Origin: Klebsormidium nitens
Lineage: Eukaryota; Plantae; Klebsormidiophyceae
NCBI GenBank assembly: GCA_000708835.1
Contig: DF237371.1
Span: forward strand, 1 to 64,000
Direction of reading: 5' to 3'
DNA: 64,000 bases
Positions 35,825 to 49,031 of the stretch are shown piece by piece. The first letter of the stretch is position 1, and each line of letters starts with the position of its first letter. The notes under the pieces are model-generated. The model saw nothing but the letters and a program-made list of their open reading frames with translations, was not told the origin of the DNA and searched no databases. A program made the translations under genes and the position numbers.

Positions 35825-38800
35825 ATGAGCGCTCCCGCTTCAGGCAGCCCCCTCTCTCGCGATGCTGTCGCCTCGCACCCCTTGCAGGAGGGGGTGCCAG
35901 TCGACTCCCCCTCCACTTCCGAGCCACAGACCCCCGTCAAGGAGGCCACTTTTCCCAGTAGCTTCCGAAGGCGAGCGATCGGGGAGGTGCCTGGGAGCTT
36001 GGAGGGGGTTGCTCAATTGGCGAGGGAGGGGGCATGGCGCTCCATTTTGGTGAAGTTCAAGGAGAGGGCGGAGGCGGGGCCACCTGCGGAGCAGCTGGTG
36101 TGGCAGACCTGGAATGTGCTGGCGCTGGTCAAGGTGAGGCGTCTAGGAATGGGCTTTGATTCTAACTACCATTCTTGTCCTGTCTTGAAGTGCTAAATGC
36201 ATGGAAGGCTCCTTTTGGAGCAATCGACGGAGGGTGGAAATGCAGGCGTCTCTTTCTGCATAGAAGGTCATTGGTGGTGTTTTGCTATGCTGTTTTCCAT
36301 GATCATCAAATCAAAGCTGCGCCAGGAGAATTTGTGCACACTTGGTCTTGAAAGCACCAATCAATGGGTCCCCCACCACGGGCACCCGAGAAGATCTGGT
36401 GCATTCAGTGGTCCAAGCTTCTGTCTGCGTGTCAAGGCATCATTTCGGGCGCCTTCTGCTTCCCGGCTCCCTTCTGTCATGATCATCTGGGCTTGGGCGC
36501 CACAACTCAAACAAGACGCTTGCATGAGAATCAATTTTCGTGGAACATTCAGTAGCACATCCTACCACTCGCACTGTAAGCGACGGCTCTGGAAAATCGT
36601 CTTTCCAAAGGCTGCCTCGCAACCTCACCAACCGAGTTTTGAGATAACTCCCCCTTCCCATACATATGCCACTAACATCAACTTCTCTCCCCCTCCACAC
36701 AACAGCTCCGCATGTACGGCGCGGCTGCCGACGAGCTCCGGAGCATCGGTGACATCAGCAGCCCTCGCTTCCGGTACGAGGAGCACCCGGGAGAGTATCC
36801 TGAGCGGAGCGGTTCGTTTGTGCCGTTTGCGCTGAGGTGGTTGCACGCGGAGCTGCCACATCGCCTCGGCCAGGCGGGGGCGACCATGGACCGCCTGTAT
36901 TCTCTCCTGGAGCTCTGCAAGGTCAGCCGCACCTAGTTCCTCTGCTTATGTTTGATTTCTTTTCTCTCTTCTCCTCATTGATCCTTCTTGTTTCCTGTTT
37001 CTTGTTCGTGGTTGTTCTCATGTGATACTGTCACGTTCATAGGGCCACTGGGCATGCCAAAGTTGAGAGCCGCTTTGGTTCAGACTATTTGAAGAGCCTC
37101 CAATGACACCTCTCTCCTTGGTCCCACAATCGACCTTCTGGAACGCCTCAAGGCTGAGGCACAGTGCAACCTGCTTACAATCTCGATTTGCACTGTATTC
37201 AGAAGTTGATGTTTCCCCATCAGGAGATCTTCTTGCGGAGGATGGATTTATTTCCCTCCAATTCAAATCGGACTCAAGAGGTTGTTGATGTCATGTCTTT
37301 CCGTACCCAGGTGGAAGTTGCCCGCAGGTCCGCGGCAGTGCCAGGTGGCGCTGCGCTGTTAGCTGGCGACAACGCTGCCCCGGGGGACTGGCTGGCAGCG
37401 AGCGATGTTGGTGTGAGCGGTCGGGAAGACTTTCTGACGGGCGAACTGGCGGGGCTTAGCATCAGTGGGGAGCGACCTGAAACGGGTGAGCGGATGTGCA
37501 GATTCGCACAGCCCTTCGAGAGGGCAACTTCGGAGAATGATCTAGGTGTTCCTGTATGTAAAAACCAGTAGGAATCAGCTTGAAGCTGCTGCTGACGGGT
37601 TCAGCTGACTAATTGTCAGGCTTGCTTTCGTGTCTAGCCACCGAAAGGATCCGACGAGGCACCGTTTCTCAGGGGTTTTTCCTCTTCGCGGTCTTTTCTG
37701 TCCTTTCTTGCCCTCTCATACACCTCAAAGCGTATCCGCTGTTCTTGGCAGACCCTGTGATTTGTCGGGAACCAGAAGCATCTTGGATCGGGCTCAGTTT
37801 TGACCCGTATTGTTCGCATCGGTTACTTTCGGGTCCGAGCCCCGTCAACTAAATCATGGTTTTTGGGCCCGGAAAATTGAGCCCGAGCCTGATCGGTGTG
37901 ATGTCGACTCGCTTCGAAATCAATCAGGCTCGGGCTCAAAATGTCCGAACTGAGCCCGATCCGGCTCCGTTTTGACCGAAAAATGCCAAGTGCGGATGCC
38001 CTATTTATCCCTTTGAAGCCTTTTGCCCCCTCAGGATCCTCCCAGCTTGCGGGAGAAGCGAGCGCCTTGGATAGCTTCCTCTTGCCAACCCCAGGGAATC
38101 GCTTTTTCTGCACAACCCGTGGGATGAGAGCCCATTGATCTCCTCGTACCTCCGAGTGTGAATTCGGAGGTCACCTTTCTTTTCTTCCCTTTCCTCCATC
38201 AATAAGTCGACCCAGCTCCCCTTTTTGCAGACTCCACCGGTCTGCTAGGGGACGCAGACGCCTCGAGCGGCGCCCCCCCCTCGACGTCCGGCGCGGCGGA
38301 GGTGCGGACGTGGCGGCGGCGGCAGGAGGTGGTGCTGCTATCGATCCTGAACCTGCACCTGCAGCAGCGCGACTTTGCGGCGGCGCTCAGCTGGCTGCAC
38401 GCGCTGCTGCGGCAGCGGGGGAAAGACCCGCACGTGTGGGCGATGCTCGGGTGCGTCCAACTGCAGGTGAGGCGACGCTGGGAGGACTCTGCTTGTGAAA
38501 CTTGAACATTTTGGTTTCTTGTCCTTTATCTTTTCCTTTTACTTGTCTTCGCAAGATGCGTCCATTGCAGGTGGGGTGAGGCTGGGATGCGTTTGGAAAA
38601 GTCCCTTATTGGCTTTGGAGAACCTGCCTCCAGCAGCTTCTGAGGGAGGACTCTGTTCCGGGGGGTTGGCTTGCTGTTCGGATGGCTGATGCGCGAACGA
38701 GAATACACTGCGACAACTGCTCTGGCGGTCGACGGTTGTACGGGTGCTCATATTGCGAGAGTGTAATGTCCGGAGCTAAACGACCACTGTTCATCAGGCT

Positions 38801-39786
38801 TGGTCCACTCTTTCTGGACAAAGCCTCGTTCGCTTCTCCTTCAATCAACGACGGATTCTTCATTCTGTGTGATGCTGCACAGGGGGCCCCGCATCGATAA
38901 GTCTCACTTCTATCCTGAGTCACATCAGTTACCCGAGCTTAACGGATCAAGAGTCTAAACCTATGAACACTCTTCAAACTCGTACCCACCCTGTTAACCC
39001 CCAAACCAACGCCACCCGACTGCGCATGACCTAAGTCGACACACCGTAACTTAACCCAAAGTCGGTACTACTCCCAATCGGCCTCCGGCCAGACCGGTAG
39101 AACTCATCCGGCCCCTCTTGAACTGTAGATGGGCGACTTGGAGGCTGCCCGGGCCACCTTCACGCGGTCGGAGCAGCTGATGGGCGATGCCGCGCAATCG
39201 TCGCTTTTGCTGCACCGCAACCGGGGCCTCCTGCACTTCGCGCTCAAGAACTACTCGGCAGCGCTGGAGGAGTGGGACCTCATACTAGTTGCCCAGCCCT
39301 GGAACGCGGGTAAGCCTGCCACGTGGTGACGAGAACGAGAACCCAACAATACGAGCCTAGCAAGCTTTTGTACCCTGTCTCCCGGCTCCACGGTGGACGA
39401 TCGCAGCTTCGTCATTCCTTACTCAATATTGCGTTTCAGGATTACTGGTATGATCTTTTTCGGTGCACCTCGGACTATGCCGTTTGATAAGCCTCTTGTA
39501 CAGTCCTCGTTGGCTGCAAAACTCTTTGGTTTGTCGCCCTACAGTTGCTGCCAACAACAAGGCGCTCTGCCTCATGTACTCCCGCGACCTTGTTGGCGCG
39601 ATCGCCGTCCTGGAGCGCACTCTGCGGGAGCACCCCCTCCAAGCGCTCAACGAAACTCTCGTCCTCAACCTGGCGTCGATGTACGAGCTAGCCTCCAGCA
39701 ACGCGGCCGAGCTGAAGCGGACTCTTTCGGCCTGGATCTCGAAGATCGCTCCAGACGACTTTGATATCCTGTGCACAAGGACGTAA
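35825..39786 (+). CDS. TRAPPC12: Trafficking protein particle complex subunit 12 (TPR protein)
   Basis: Exons 35825-36133, 36705-36920, ~37310-37486, 38231-38466, 39130-39308, 39545-39786 (approximate). Motifs LRMYGAAADEL, GSFVPFALRWLHAELP, LGCVQLQ|MGDLEAA, NNKALCLMYSRDL, LNLASMYEL, PDDFDILCTRT*. Confidence 0.85.
37785..37962. mobile_element. Intronic element with nested perfect inverted repeats (MITE-like)
   Basis: GGATCGGGCTCAGTT (37785-37799) / AACTGAGCCCGATCC (37948-37962), 15 bp perfect. Inner TTGAGCCCGAGCCTGAT (37877-37893) / ATCAGGCTCGGGCTCAA (37923-37939), 17 bp perfect. Confidence 0.55.
38927..39055 (-). repeat. Dispersed intronic repeat, copy 2 (TRAPPC12 intron)
   Basis: Reverse complement reads GTTAAGTTACGGTGTGTCGACTTAGGTCA...TTTGGGGGTTAACAGGGTGGGTACGAGT...AAGCTCGGGTAACT, matching 3811-3944. 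Confidence 0.6.
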
Positions 39787-41442
39787 CACGTCACCAGGAT
39801 CTGACGGATCAAGTCAATTCTGCGCTTTACTCACCCTTTTGCTGAAAATGCGCTTGAATTGTATGGTTGTTGCGTTCTTTGTGTCCCTTGGAAGCGTCCG
39901 CTAATCCATGAGATTGAGAGTTGCATCCCGCCACTGACATTTGCGCATATGCATGTGTGTCCAAACTGGCGCGTTGCATACACCGTAAGCCTGAGCTCTT
40001 CAATGTAGGAGCTCAGAAGGAGTCTAGTGTAGGTGCCGGCTGGCGGCGCGGGCCTTTTTGCGTTTGGCAGCCGCACAAACTCAACGTGCTCCTGCAACCA
40101 TAACATTACTAGATAATTCATCTGCGGATTTGGAGATACCTAAAGCTGACCATGAAGCTACTCTAGCTCTTACAACGGTTCATTTAGGTGCTCTATCTAG
40201 CTCACCATCAAGGCGGGCCTGAGCTACAAACCGTCACACGCTCAGCTCTGTGAAGCGGCTTCAACTGAAAGACTGCTCATCATGAGTGATTCCCTAGCGG
40301 CGGCTAGCTTTGTGCTATACTTAGTATGACACCGTGTAGCCGCATGCGGGCGCCGCTTAGCACTATTGGAAGCAAACGCGCGCATGGATAATCTTCTATC
40401 AGCTTGACCCTGTATGCCATGTGCAACAGAATCACGTTCAGTGTGCGCGCAGCATGCAGATCATGGATGAGCGCTGTACGTTAACTTGTTTGTCGCGCGC
40501 TCGATCCTTTTCTTTGCTTGTACGTATTTAGGAGTGATGCTGACTCGCGGCTGTCCGTAAGCATATGAGGAGCGTATCATGTGGTGCAATCCACTTGCCT
40601 GGTTGCTGGGCACCGATAGCCAGGCTCTCCCTAGCTCGTCGATACCACGCAGAAAGTGAAATTATACACACGGCGGTCGTCCATGTAGTAACTGCGGTTA
40701 TCTATCGCATCACATTGAATATATTGCCAACAGATGGGACCAGGAATCACTGGAATCTATGGCCGCCACATCCATGCGCCATCCGATCAATGCAACCAAT
40801 TCTGATGCAAAGTTTTCCGAAGTCGGACATATTCGAGAGATCTCTCATATGAATGGACTATGTTCGAACATAGTCCATTCTGAAAGATTCGTCTCTAGAT
40901 AGTTTTTAAAGTTCGCGTTCTGTGTCTTCTGGGTAGAGTGCAACCCCCGAATGAGCACTAAGTGACTACTAATTCAGGCTTTGAAATCGAAGTAAGAGAT
41001 GCTTCAACTGCGGAGATAGTATTGCGATCTATATTGTGAGTGAAAAAAGTCTTTGATTTGCACCTAAGAACCTGCAAAGTTCTAATACTCTTGCCTACCG
41101 ACGCCTAACACCTCACTCACTGAGTAAGACTGCACTCGAAACAAAGTCAATTGTAGCAAAGTTTGACGCAAAAGTACCGTAAGTCTCCTTGTCATTCTAA
41201 AACGCGAAGCACGTCCGTAACACATTCTCGCACTTCACCAATGGTCTAACATAGTTGAAGATCTGCGCTCTTCTCCGAAAATAAACGTCGTCAAGTTCAG
41301 GACTTTCAGCAGTTTCATCCGCATAGCCTTCACAGGAAGTTCTCCATCATCTCTCAGCTCTTGTCGCGACCAAACCACCTTGAATGAAGAACTGCGGGGT
41401 TCATTTCATCGACGAAGCATCAGGCACCGACAGCTGGCCTTG

Positions 41443-44400
41443 TCAAGGATCGAACACCCGGACGACGCCGTGAATCATTTGCCGGCACAGCGGGCAGGCT
41501 CTGCGCGGTCCTGCCGCCACCGCCGTTGCGCACGTCATGCAAGCTGCGCGGTGGCCGCAGTAGAGGAAGACCGCGCGGCGCGCTCTCTGGTAGCAGATGA
41601 CGCACGCCTCGGAGGGGCTGACGGCGTCGTCCTCTCTCTCGGTAGCGGCGGGGGCGGCCGCGCGGTCGGCGACGGAGTACGTCCGGAGGAGGTTGCGGCG
41701 AGCCAGGTCCTGAGAGGGGAAGCGAACAAAATGAATGGAGATGCGAAGAAGACGTTCCGTGCACATGCTGACGCGACAACTCTCTTTACCATAAAGGCAC
41801 TCAACAAGGAACCTGTGGTTGTATCAAAAAGAGAGCGAGGAAAGAGCACGCCCAAGATGAAAGGCTGATGTAGATTGAACAGGACTTTAGAAAACAGGAG
41901 ATCGGGACACTTTCCGAACGATTGTCAAAGAACCTTCGGCGAAAGAAAGATGCGTTGCATTCGCACGGTATGCAACCGTGGGCTTTGAATCTCAAGAAGC
42001 TCTATCCTGTTTCAACCACTCACAGATGCTTGCCTTCCGTCACTCTTCGTCTCTGCGCAGATCTAGAAAGAATGACGAACGGCACGAAGACCTTACCAAA
42101 CGATACAGCAAAGGAAAGCATCAGCTACCTGATCGCATCTCCCGAAACAGGAGTCTGTAGCAAACAGTCAGAACAACGCAATGACGGGCCGAGGAGGGAG
42201 GCTTGTAAGAAAGATAACTCACGGAAACTTACGGTGAGTTCTGCACCCACAGTTTAAGGCACTCTTATCCTTCAAAATACGATTGCCATTGAAGACACCT
42301 ATGTGCCGAGATGGCCAGCTCTTTCACTAGCCCGCTGGCGACCTCAACACTAGAAAGGGCTAATGAGACAGGATTCCTCGAGCAGAGGGGAACGATCCTC
42401 ACGTCCACAACCCGGTTGAGCGCCACGATGAGCGCCTCGAAGGCCCAGTCGCCCAGCATCTCGATCGCCTCCGCGGCCCGCTCGCGCGCCTCCTCGTTGC
42501 GCAGGCCCTGCAGCTCGTCAATCAGCTCCACCGACACGTGGCCCGCCCACGTGTCCAGCTCGTCGACCGTGTCGCGCGACAGCGCGAGCGCCTTCTCCGC
42601 CAGGCGCGCGAGGTCGAGCGCCGCGCCCTGGTACACGTTCGGCAGGGCGAAGCCGCGGGGGGCGGTGCCGCTGGGGAGGACGAAGCGGATGAGGCGGCCC
42701 GCCTTGCGCACCAGAGCGACGGTCTCCTCCGCGGCCGCCTTGCCCGCGGCGACGGCGAGCTGTTCCGGGGGGGGCGGCGGGGCGCGGGCCTGCATAAGTT
42801 TGTAATGGGGGGTTTGGGAGAGGTTTTAACATTTGGAAGTGCAACTTATTGCAGGAGACGTAGGTTTTGGGTATCGGAACCAAGTCTTTTAGTGTCTCGA
42901 GACTCATTACGGAGGGCTGGAGAAGCGTAGCTTTTGCTGTGCTCTGAGAAGCTGCGGGCTCTTCTGCTAACATCCTGTAACCATTTCAGGCAGTCTCGTT
43001 TGAGGACTGAGGTTGGGGTTCTGAACGACCAAACGGTTCACATATTTCCAGTAGCAACCATCTTGGACAGGTGTGTTGAAAAGAGCACTCACAAGAGATT
43101 GCCATCATGCTCCAAAGTTCGATCCACAATAATCAAGCACTGGAAATACCCCCAAGACCAAACCAATGCTCATAACGCTACCCAGTACCGCTTTGCCACT
43201 AAGAATCCAGGCTTCAGAAGACCTCGCCCTGTGCTTTCTCTAGACTGATATCCGGATACGAACCTGCCTTACCGGAATCCTACTCACTTGCTGGGGTTCT
43301 CGGGCGTCCTCCGCACCGAAGAGGATGCCGAAGATCCTTGCAGAGGACGTGAGCAGATCTCTTATCATCCTGAAGATGCTGACCGTCCATTCTGCCGCAG
43401 CCTCGCCTTCCAATCTTGCTCTCTCGGCCAACGGATCCCGTGTTCCCCGCTGCAAGTATGTGTGATAGAGTTAGGGCACATCTAGCTTCGATAAAAGCAT
43501 CGTTCGAACTTCGATAAAAGCATCGTTCGAACGAAGATACAGTCAGCGTGTGACATTTCAATAAGGCTTTAAAGGAGGCAAGACCCTTTCAAAAGTCCAC
43601 ATGCATTTCTTGAAACATAGCTTTCTAATCATTGAGACAATTTAACGTTCTCCAAGGCAGGATCCGCGCAAGGCCAGCCTGCTTTAACCCCAGCCCCAGA
43701 CTGTTGGGAAAATTCCTCTGGTCGTGAGAGGTCAGCAAGAAAAGGAGAAGTCAGCTCGAACATCTTGGATAATCATTGCGCTCTTTCCCTAAAAGTTGGC
43801 CTCATGTGAACGGCATGGTGACAAAGATACTGCTTTATGCTCTCACTTTCGTGCGGCTGATGATCATTCATTTTCTCAGGATTGTGTAAGACCTACCAGA
43901 AGATCTCTACTGTCAATAGCTCAGGGCTTCATTCCTCGTCACAAACCCATCCAGCTGGCTTGAGAACCCTGGCACCTAGCTTTGAGAGTACGCTCCATTC
44001 CTAAGGTGCAGGTGGAATGCCTTTCAGAATCTTGGAATCTAAGTTGACTTGATTCTAAGAGAGGAATCTTTGTTGGAAATGGTGATTCTTACACACTTGA
44101 AAATCCAGGACATTGACCGGACAGCTTTAAGTAAGCCTGTCCCACTGCTGCATAACTCTGAATGACAAAGTTCAGGATCTGCTTGAACAGCGCATCTAGG
44201 AGATAAGCAGCGCTTTGGAACGAAATTGCGAGAGCTAGATGGAAGTGCTGACCAGGTTAAAACAGACCAAGCTGCACTCTTAAAAGCTTCAGTTCATTCC
44301 TCATGGTTTTGAAAGCAGTGCATGATGCCAATTGAAAGGCCATCTTAGATTGCAATGATTGTTAGAAGGGATCATTGCTGTCCTTCCCTACCACTACTCG

Positions 44401-44829
44401 CAATCTGAACATGGACCTTCTTCTTACCTGGTAGATTCGCTCATGGTGAGCCATGCCGTCCTTTGCAGCCTCTGCAAGCAGATCCAATCACTTGTACTGC
44501 ACCGGAGACCTCAGAAGCATCAGAGGCTTGATGATGGACCTTGGAGCTGGATCACGCCTGGACAATTGCGGATCTTCTGAGCCTTCCAGCTTTAAAAACC
44601 CTGGCACACACTGTCATAAAACCCTCCCTGACTCCAGGCTGCTTCCTTTTGAACAAACCTCCTTCTGCGTGAAGATCCATCCGCCAAGCGCGAAGGTTCC
44701 AACACTGAAAGTTAGCCGCATGTCTTCACAACGCTTAAGCTTATCCTGCATGGTCATCATTGTCGTCAAAGCATCGGGGCAGAAGCGCGGAACTGAACAG
44801 ATGGTCCGTGTTGCTCGTGCATGGTCCAT
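41443..44829 (-). CDS. C3HC4 RING-finger protein with unrecognised helical N-terminal domain (5' end uncertain)
   Basis: Last exon 41709-41443: EACVICYQRARRAVFLYCGHRAACMTCA...CPLCRQMIHGVVRVFDP*. GC-rich exon ~42789-42400 (ARAPPPPPEQLAV...ALNRVVD) and exon 43449-~43288 join in phase 0. The first exon is ambiguous: ORF 44829-44659, or MAHHERIYQ|gtaag near 44430-44456. Confidence 0.7.
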
Positions 44830-45945
44830 TCATTTAAGACGCTGAGCCTTTCCTGGTGGCAGTCATGCTCCCATCGTCATGCAGTCCCAGAGAAGAAGGG
44901 CCCCTGAAGCCACCTGAAGCTGACACAGACGATAAGAGTCTCTTAGACTGAGTGAGTCAGCAGTGTTGAACCAGATTTAACTTCGAACGTCAACGTGAAG
45001 TACTGTTTTCTGGAGCCTGCAGTGGGCCCGCCGCGCGCCGCGCCACGACCGTGCCGACTCGGACAGGCGGCGCGAGGGGTTTGAAGGTTTTCGAAACCCG
45101 CTTTGTACCGGATTTCACAACATGTACAGCCAATGCCTGCGAGCCAATGCGTCTTGAAGCTCAAGAGGGAGCTTAAGCACGTGTGGAAGTAAGCCACCTT
45201 GGCTGCAGACTTCTTAGTTGAAAAACTCATCGACCCGATCCGGATCCAGATTTGGCAAAATTTTGACAACCAAGCTCGATCGCAAGAAAACCCTGCACAA
45301 GTCATGCAGACCTGATCAGGACCAGCATACATGATATCATCGATATCGAGCTATCTACCTATGCATGGACCGTCCGACCGGACCATTACAGTCAACGTGC
45401 AGGCGCGTGATCGCATCAAGCCTTGCACTGACGCACGTAGTTATGCGTGTTGCCTCACATCAAGTTCGGACTCATATCCAGAATGAAGTAAAGTTGGATG
45501 TACAAACTTCGGCAATCAACCGCATTGGTGAACGATGGTCCTAGAAATTCAACTGTAAACCTCATTTGGCTGCATAACTGCACGCTCGCACATCCGACGT
45601 GCAGTCACGAGCATATTTCGATGAAAGAGACAGCTCAACCGAGTGTCGCCGGGCACTAGCTTAACCTGGTACGCACTATGTTAGACGCTTCCCTAACGAC
45701 TAGTTCCTCTATACCCTTCTGTCAGAATCTGCCTGTAAAGTACACATATTGATCCATTGTACTTGCTTCAAAGAGTCCAAGACGACTCGTTCAACATGAT
45801 ACACCGCTATCAAATAAGATTCAGCAACGATTTGACAATCAGCACGTCCGAGCAAAGCTCCCTTACAGGGATGAGTCAAGCTCCTGGGTAAGCGCATCTT
45901 ACGAGCTGCCCTTGCAAAGCATAAGCTTCCGAGAACCTTCTCCAA

Positions 45946-48900
45946 TCAGGGGTCATAAACGCGCACAACCCCCACGATAGCTTGTCGACACAGAGGGCAG
46001 ATCCCCCGACCATCGGCCACACGCTGTGCGCAAGGGAAGCAAGCTGCTCGGTGCCCACAGTTGAGGAAGACGGCTCTCCGCGTCCTCGTCAAGCAGACCA
46101 CGCAAGCCTCTCCTGGCGGTGCCACGTCATCTTCGTCGTCATTGACGGGCTCTGGTGGGCTTGCCGCCTGCTGCGCGACAGAAGACCCGGGGGGCCGCGG
46201 GTTTCGGTACAAGTTCCGACGTCGCTTCCACTCCTGGAGAAATTACAAGGGGCAGTGTGAGCAGGAGCGGCCAAGAGGCCGCCGGTGTCAGTCGCGCCGT
46301 GCTCTGTGGGGCAGAGCGACCAGACCACGTGCAGGCCCCGAAAAGAAACGCTTCGAAACACAGTTGTCCGTATGGTGCTGAAAGGAGCGGATCCAGCAGC
46401 CTTCCGGGTACAATAACGCTGTACAAGAACGTCAGATCAATCTGCCGGTGGATACACAGCAAAGAGTAGCAACTGAAGCAGGGGCCTATCCTTACCCTGT
46501 ACACCCGGAAGCATAACCGCCCCGTCGCATATGCAAAGATGCCGCCTGCTAGAAGACCCGTCAGTATCCCAGTCCAGCGGTGGAACAGGCGTTCGATTTT
46601 CAGAGCTGCGACGACCTCGTCCTTGGTCATCCGTGTCCTGTATTAGAGAAAAGCGCGTCACTTGTGGGAACGTGTGTGAGTTGCACCACAGCAGCAGCTC
46701 GAGTAAGCACAGCAGAGGGCGATGTATTTGTGTGTTCGAGCAATCTGAAAATAGCGAAACTGTGTTATAAATCTCATCCAACAGCACCTTGCTTAAGCGA
46801 GGCTAACATTCAGAAAGTCTGTTGTTACAATTGGATGAAGACGCCTGGCGAATAGCTCTCTAGATGTGACATTCCACGATTGCACTGCATTCGAGATAAG
46901 AGAGCTCACAGGAAGAGAGGCATGCTGCCAGCTGGCCGAATGCTCAATCCATCTCCCGACTTGTACAGATGCCCAAGGGCCGTCAACTCTGTCCCCACTT
47001 TCAGGACTCGTTCTTCTGTGACAACCCCGACCTGCAGGCGAAGAAGAGAATATCAGTGAATTGTCCACGTCATCGGAGAGACTATCGAACAGCGCGTGGT
47101 CGTACATGGATTGAGCAGCATAAACAGATTGAAATGAGGAGCGCATCACCCTCGAAACCAGCGGTTAGGGATGGGCTGGTTTGGCACCTTCACCAAGAAG
47201 CAATCACTTATTTCGAGGAGCCTTGCCCCGCTGACTTCTGGTGACGTTTGTGAATCACTCTTCTACCGCAACAGCCTTCTGATGTTAGCGGTCTACTGCT
47301 AATAGCAGCAAACTACGGGCAATTGTTGGTAGGCGTGTGACAGCTTTCGAGAGGTATACGGGGAGCGTTTACTGAGAGGTTAATTTCTAAGGGAAACGAA
47401 GGGCCCACTGACCGGACAGCTCTGGCCAAACACGAGGAAGATGAAGGCTTGCGTTCCTGACGCCGCCCCTGGCTGGAAGTGTCGGTAGACGCACTCGAGG
47501 GGCAACCCATCCTTGGGCGACCCAAGCCAGTCCACGTGAAGACGAGTATCTCGCGCCCGGGAGTCTCTCAAGACAAATGGAATCTGGAGGGCAAGCATAA
47601 ACTCGCTTCAGTGCGCAATTTAAAAGCAGCAGGCGTGCTGCTTGTCATCTTAGCGTAAATGCAAAATCTCCTTGCGTTGAGAACTGGCAGCCAATCAGAA
47701 CAGTCAATCTGGCTAGAATGTGCGAATGGCTCTATTTTGAGGCCCAGAATTTAACCAAAATGGCATAAACTGTCAATCCGCGCGCACAGAGCAAGATTAC
47801 CCCTGCAGCTCACCTGTTTGAGAAGGTCACTCATTGGGGCTTCTCTAACTCGGAAGCTTCCATCCAATTCAATGTGTCCATACTGCAGGCAGCAAAGACG
47901 AACTTACAGTGAGGTTTTGGATTGAAGGCAGATTGTAATAATTTCTCCACGACGTTAAGGGCTTCTAGAATGATACATAATAGCATAGAATGCTCAGTGT
48001 TGGGCTAATTCTTCTTGTATCAGACTCAGGAAGACAGATGGACATGAGAGTAGTCCATGGAAACTCCACTTAACCAAGGCAGAAGACAGTCCAAAAGCGT
48101 GCAATTTTGTTGACGGACTGCGCTCCTTACATTCTCTGCCCCCAGCTTTTGACAAATTATAAACTCTCGTCATAGGGACAAAAGAGCTCCAGCAATGTTA
48201 AATCCTGATTAGTAGATGCACAGGAGCATTGAGATGTGTCCTTTGTCCTCGTTTCAAAAGCAGCTCAGCAGTCCATTGCTTGGAGCAATAACATCAAGGA
48301 GAATGAGGACAAGGTTTCAAAGAACCTATCAACCAGTCAGCGTTATGTTATCTTCTCCTTACCGTCTGTGTCTTCCTTGTAATAACACATCTGGCCGCTT
48401 CTTCTGGTGCGAACTCGCTTCTCAAGGGCACTTCATCTTGGCCTCCGTAAAACTTCCACCCAGCCCTCGGCTGCACTTCACCCCGGACAATTGCAAACGT
48501 TGGGCCAGTTGACAAGTCTGATGGTCCAAGGTGGCCCGAGCTGTCTGACCTGGATAAGACAGGTCCAAAGGTTACTCAAGCCCTCAAGTTCTTATTGAAG
48601 GCATTGCCAGGATATGAACTGACTGTTAAGGAGCAAGTTGGTTGTGGCAGCAGACGCTGAATTAAACTGGCCAACAACATTCATTGCTTCCTTTTGATAC
48701 ATAATCCACGGGCGTAAAGCAGTGCACAACCAGCCAGTTCTTCAGGAAAGTCAATTTCAAGCTTAGGGGCAAATGAATACCTGGCAGGAGCACCCTCCGA
48801 ACTGCTTCCGGACTGGTTGCCTTTGCCTGGCCCTTCCAGCAGACTTTTGACATCAGACAGCGGCGTCACAGGTGTGGACTCGACCTTTTTCAACGCTGCG

Positions 48901-49031
48901 GCAGAGTGTCTCGAGCGGCTCCAGCTGGTGTATGCAACAACAGCAAATCCCAGGCCAAGGAAAACTCCATTGCCTGCTGCAAGGGCGCTTATTGCAGCTG
49001 CAACTGCCTCCAAATCATGACGGCGAGACAT
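45946..49031 (-). CDS. SPL2: SP1/MUL1-family (GIDE + RING) E3 ubiquitin ligase, SPL2-like
   Basis: Exon 1 49031-~48780 (TM GVFLGLGFAVVAY, AALKKVESTP..LSDVKSLL), ~48540-48363 (IVRGEVQP...RKTQT), ~47880-47813, ~47583-47410 (IPFVL, LPLECVY), ~47030-46904 (EERVLKVGTELTALG), ~46638-46494 (MTKDEVV, second TM), ~46231-45946 (RING CVVC..FLNCGH..C..CA..CPLCRQ..VRVYDP*). The architecture matches Arabidopsis SPL2 as I recall it. Confidence 0.85.
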
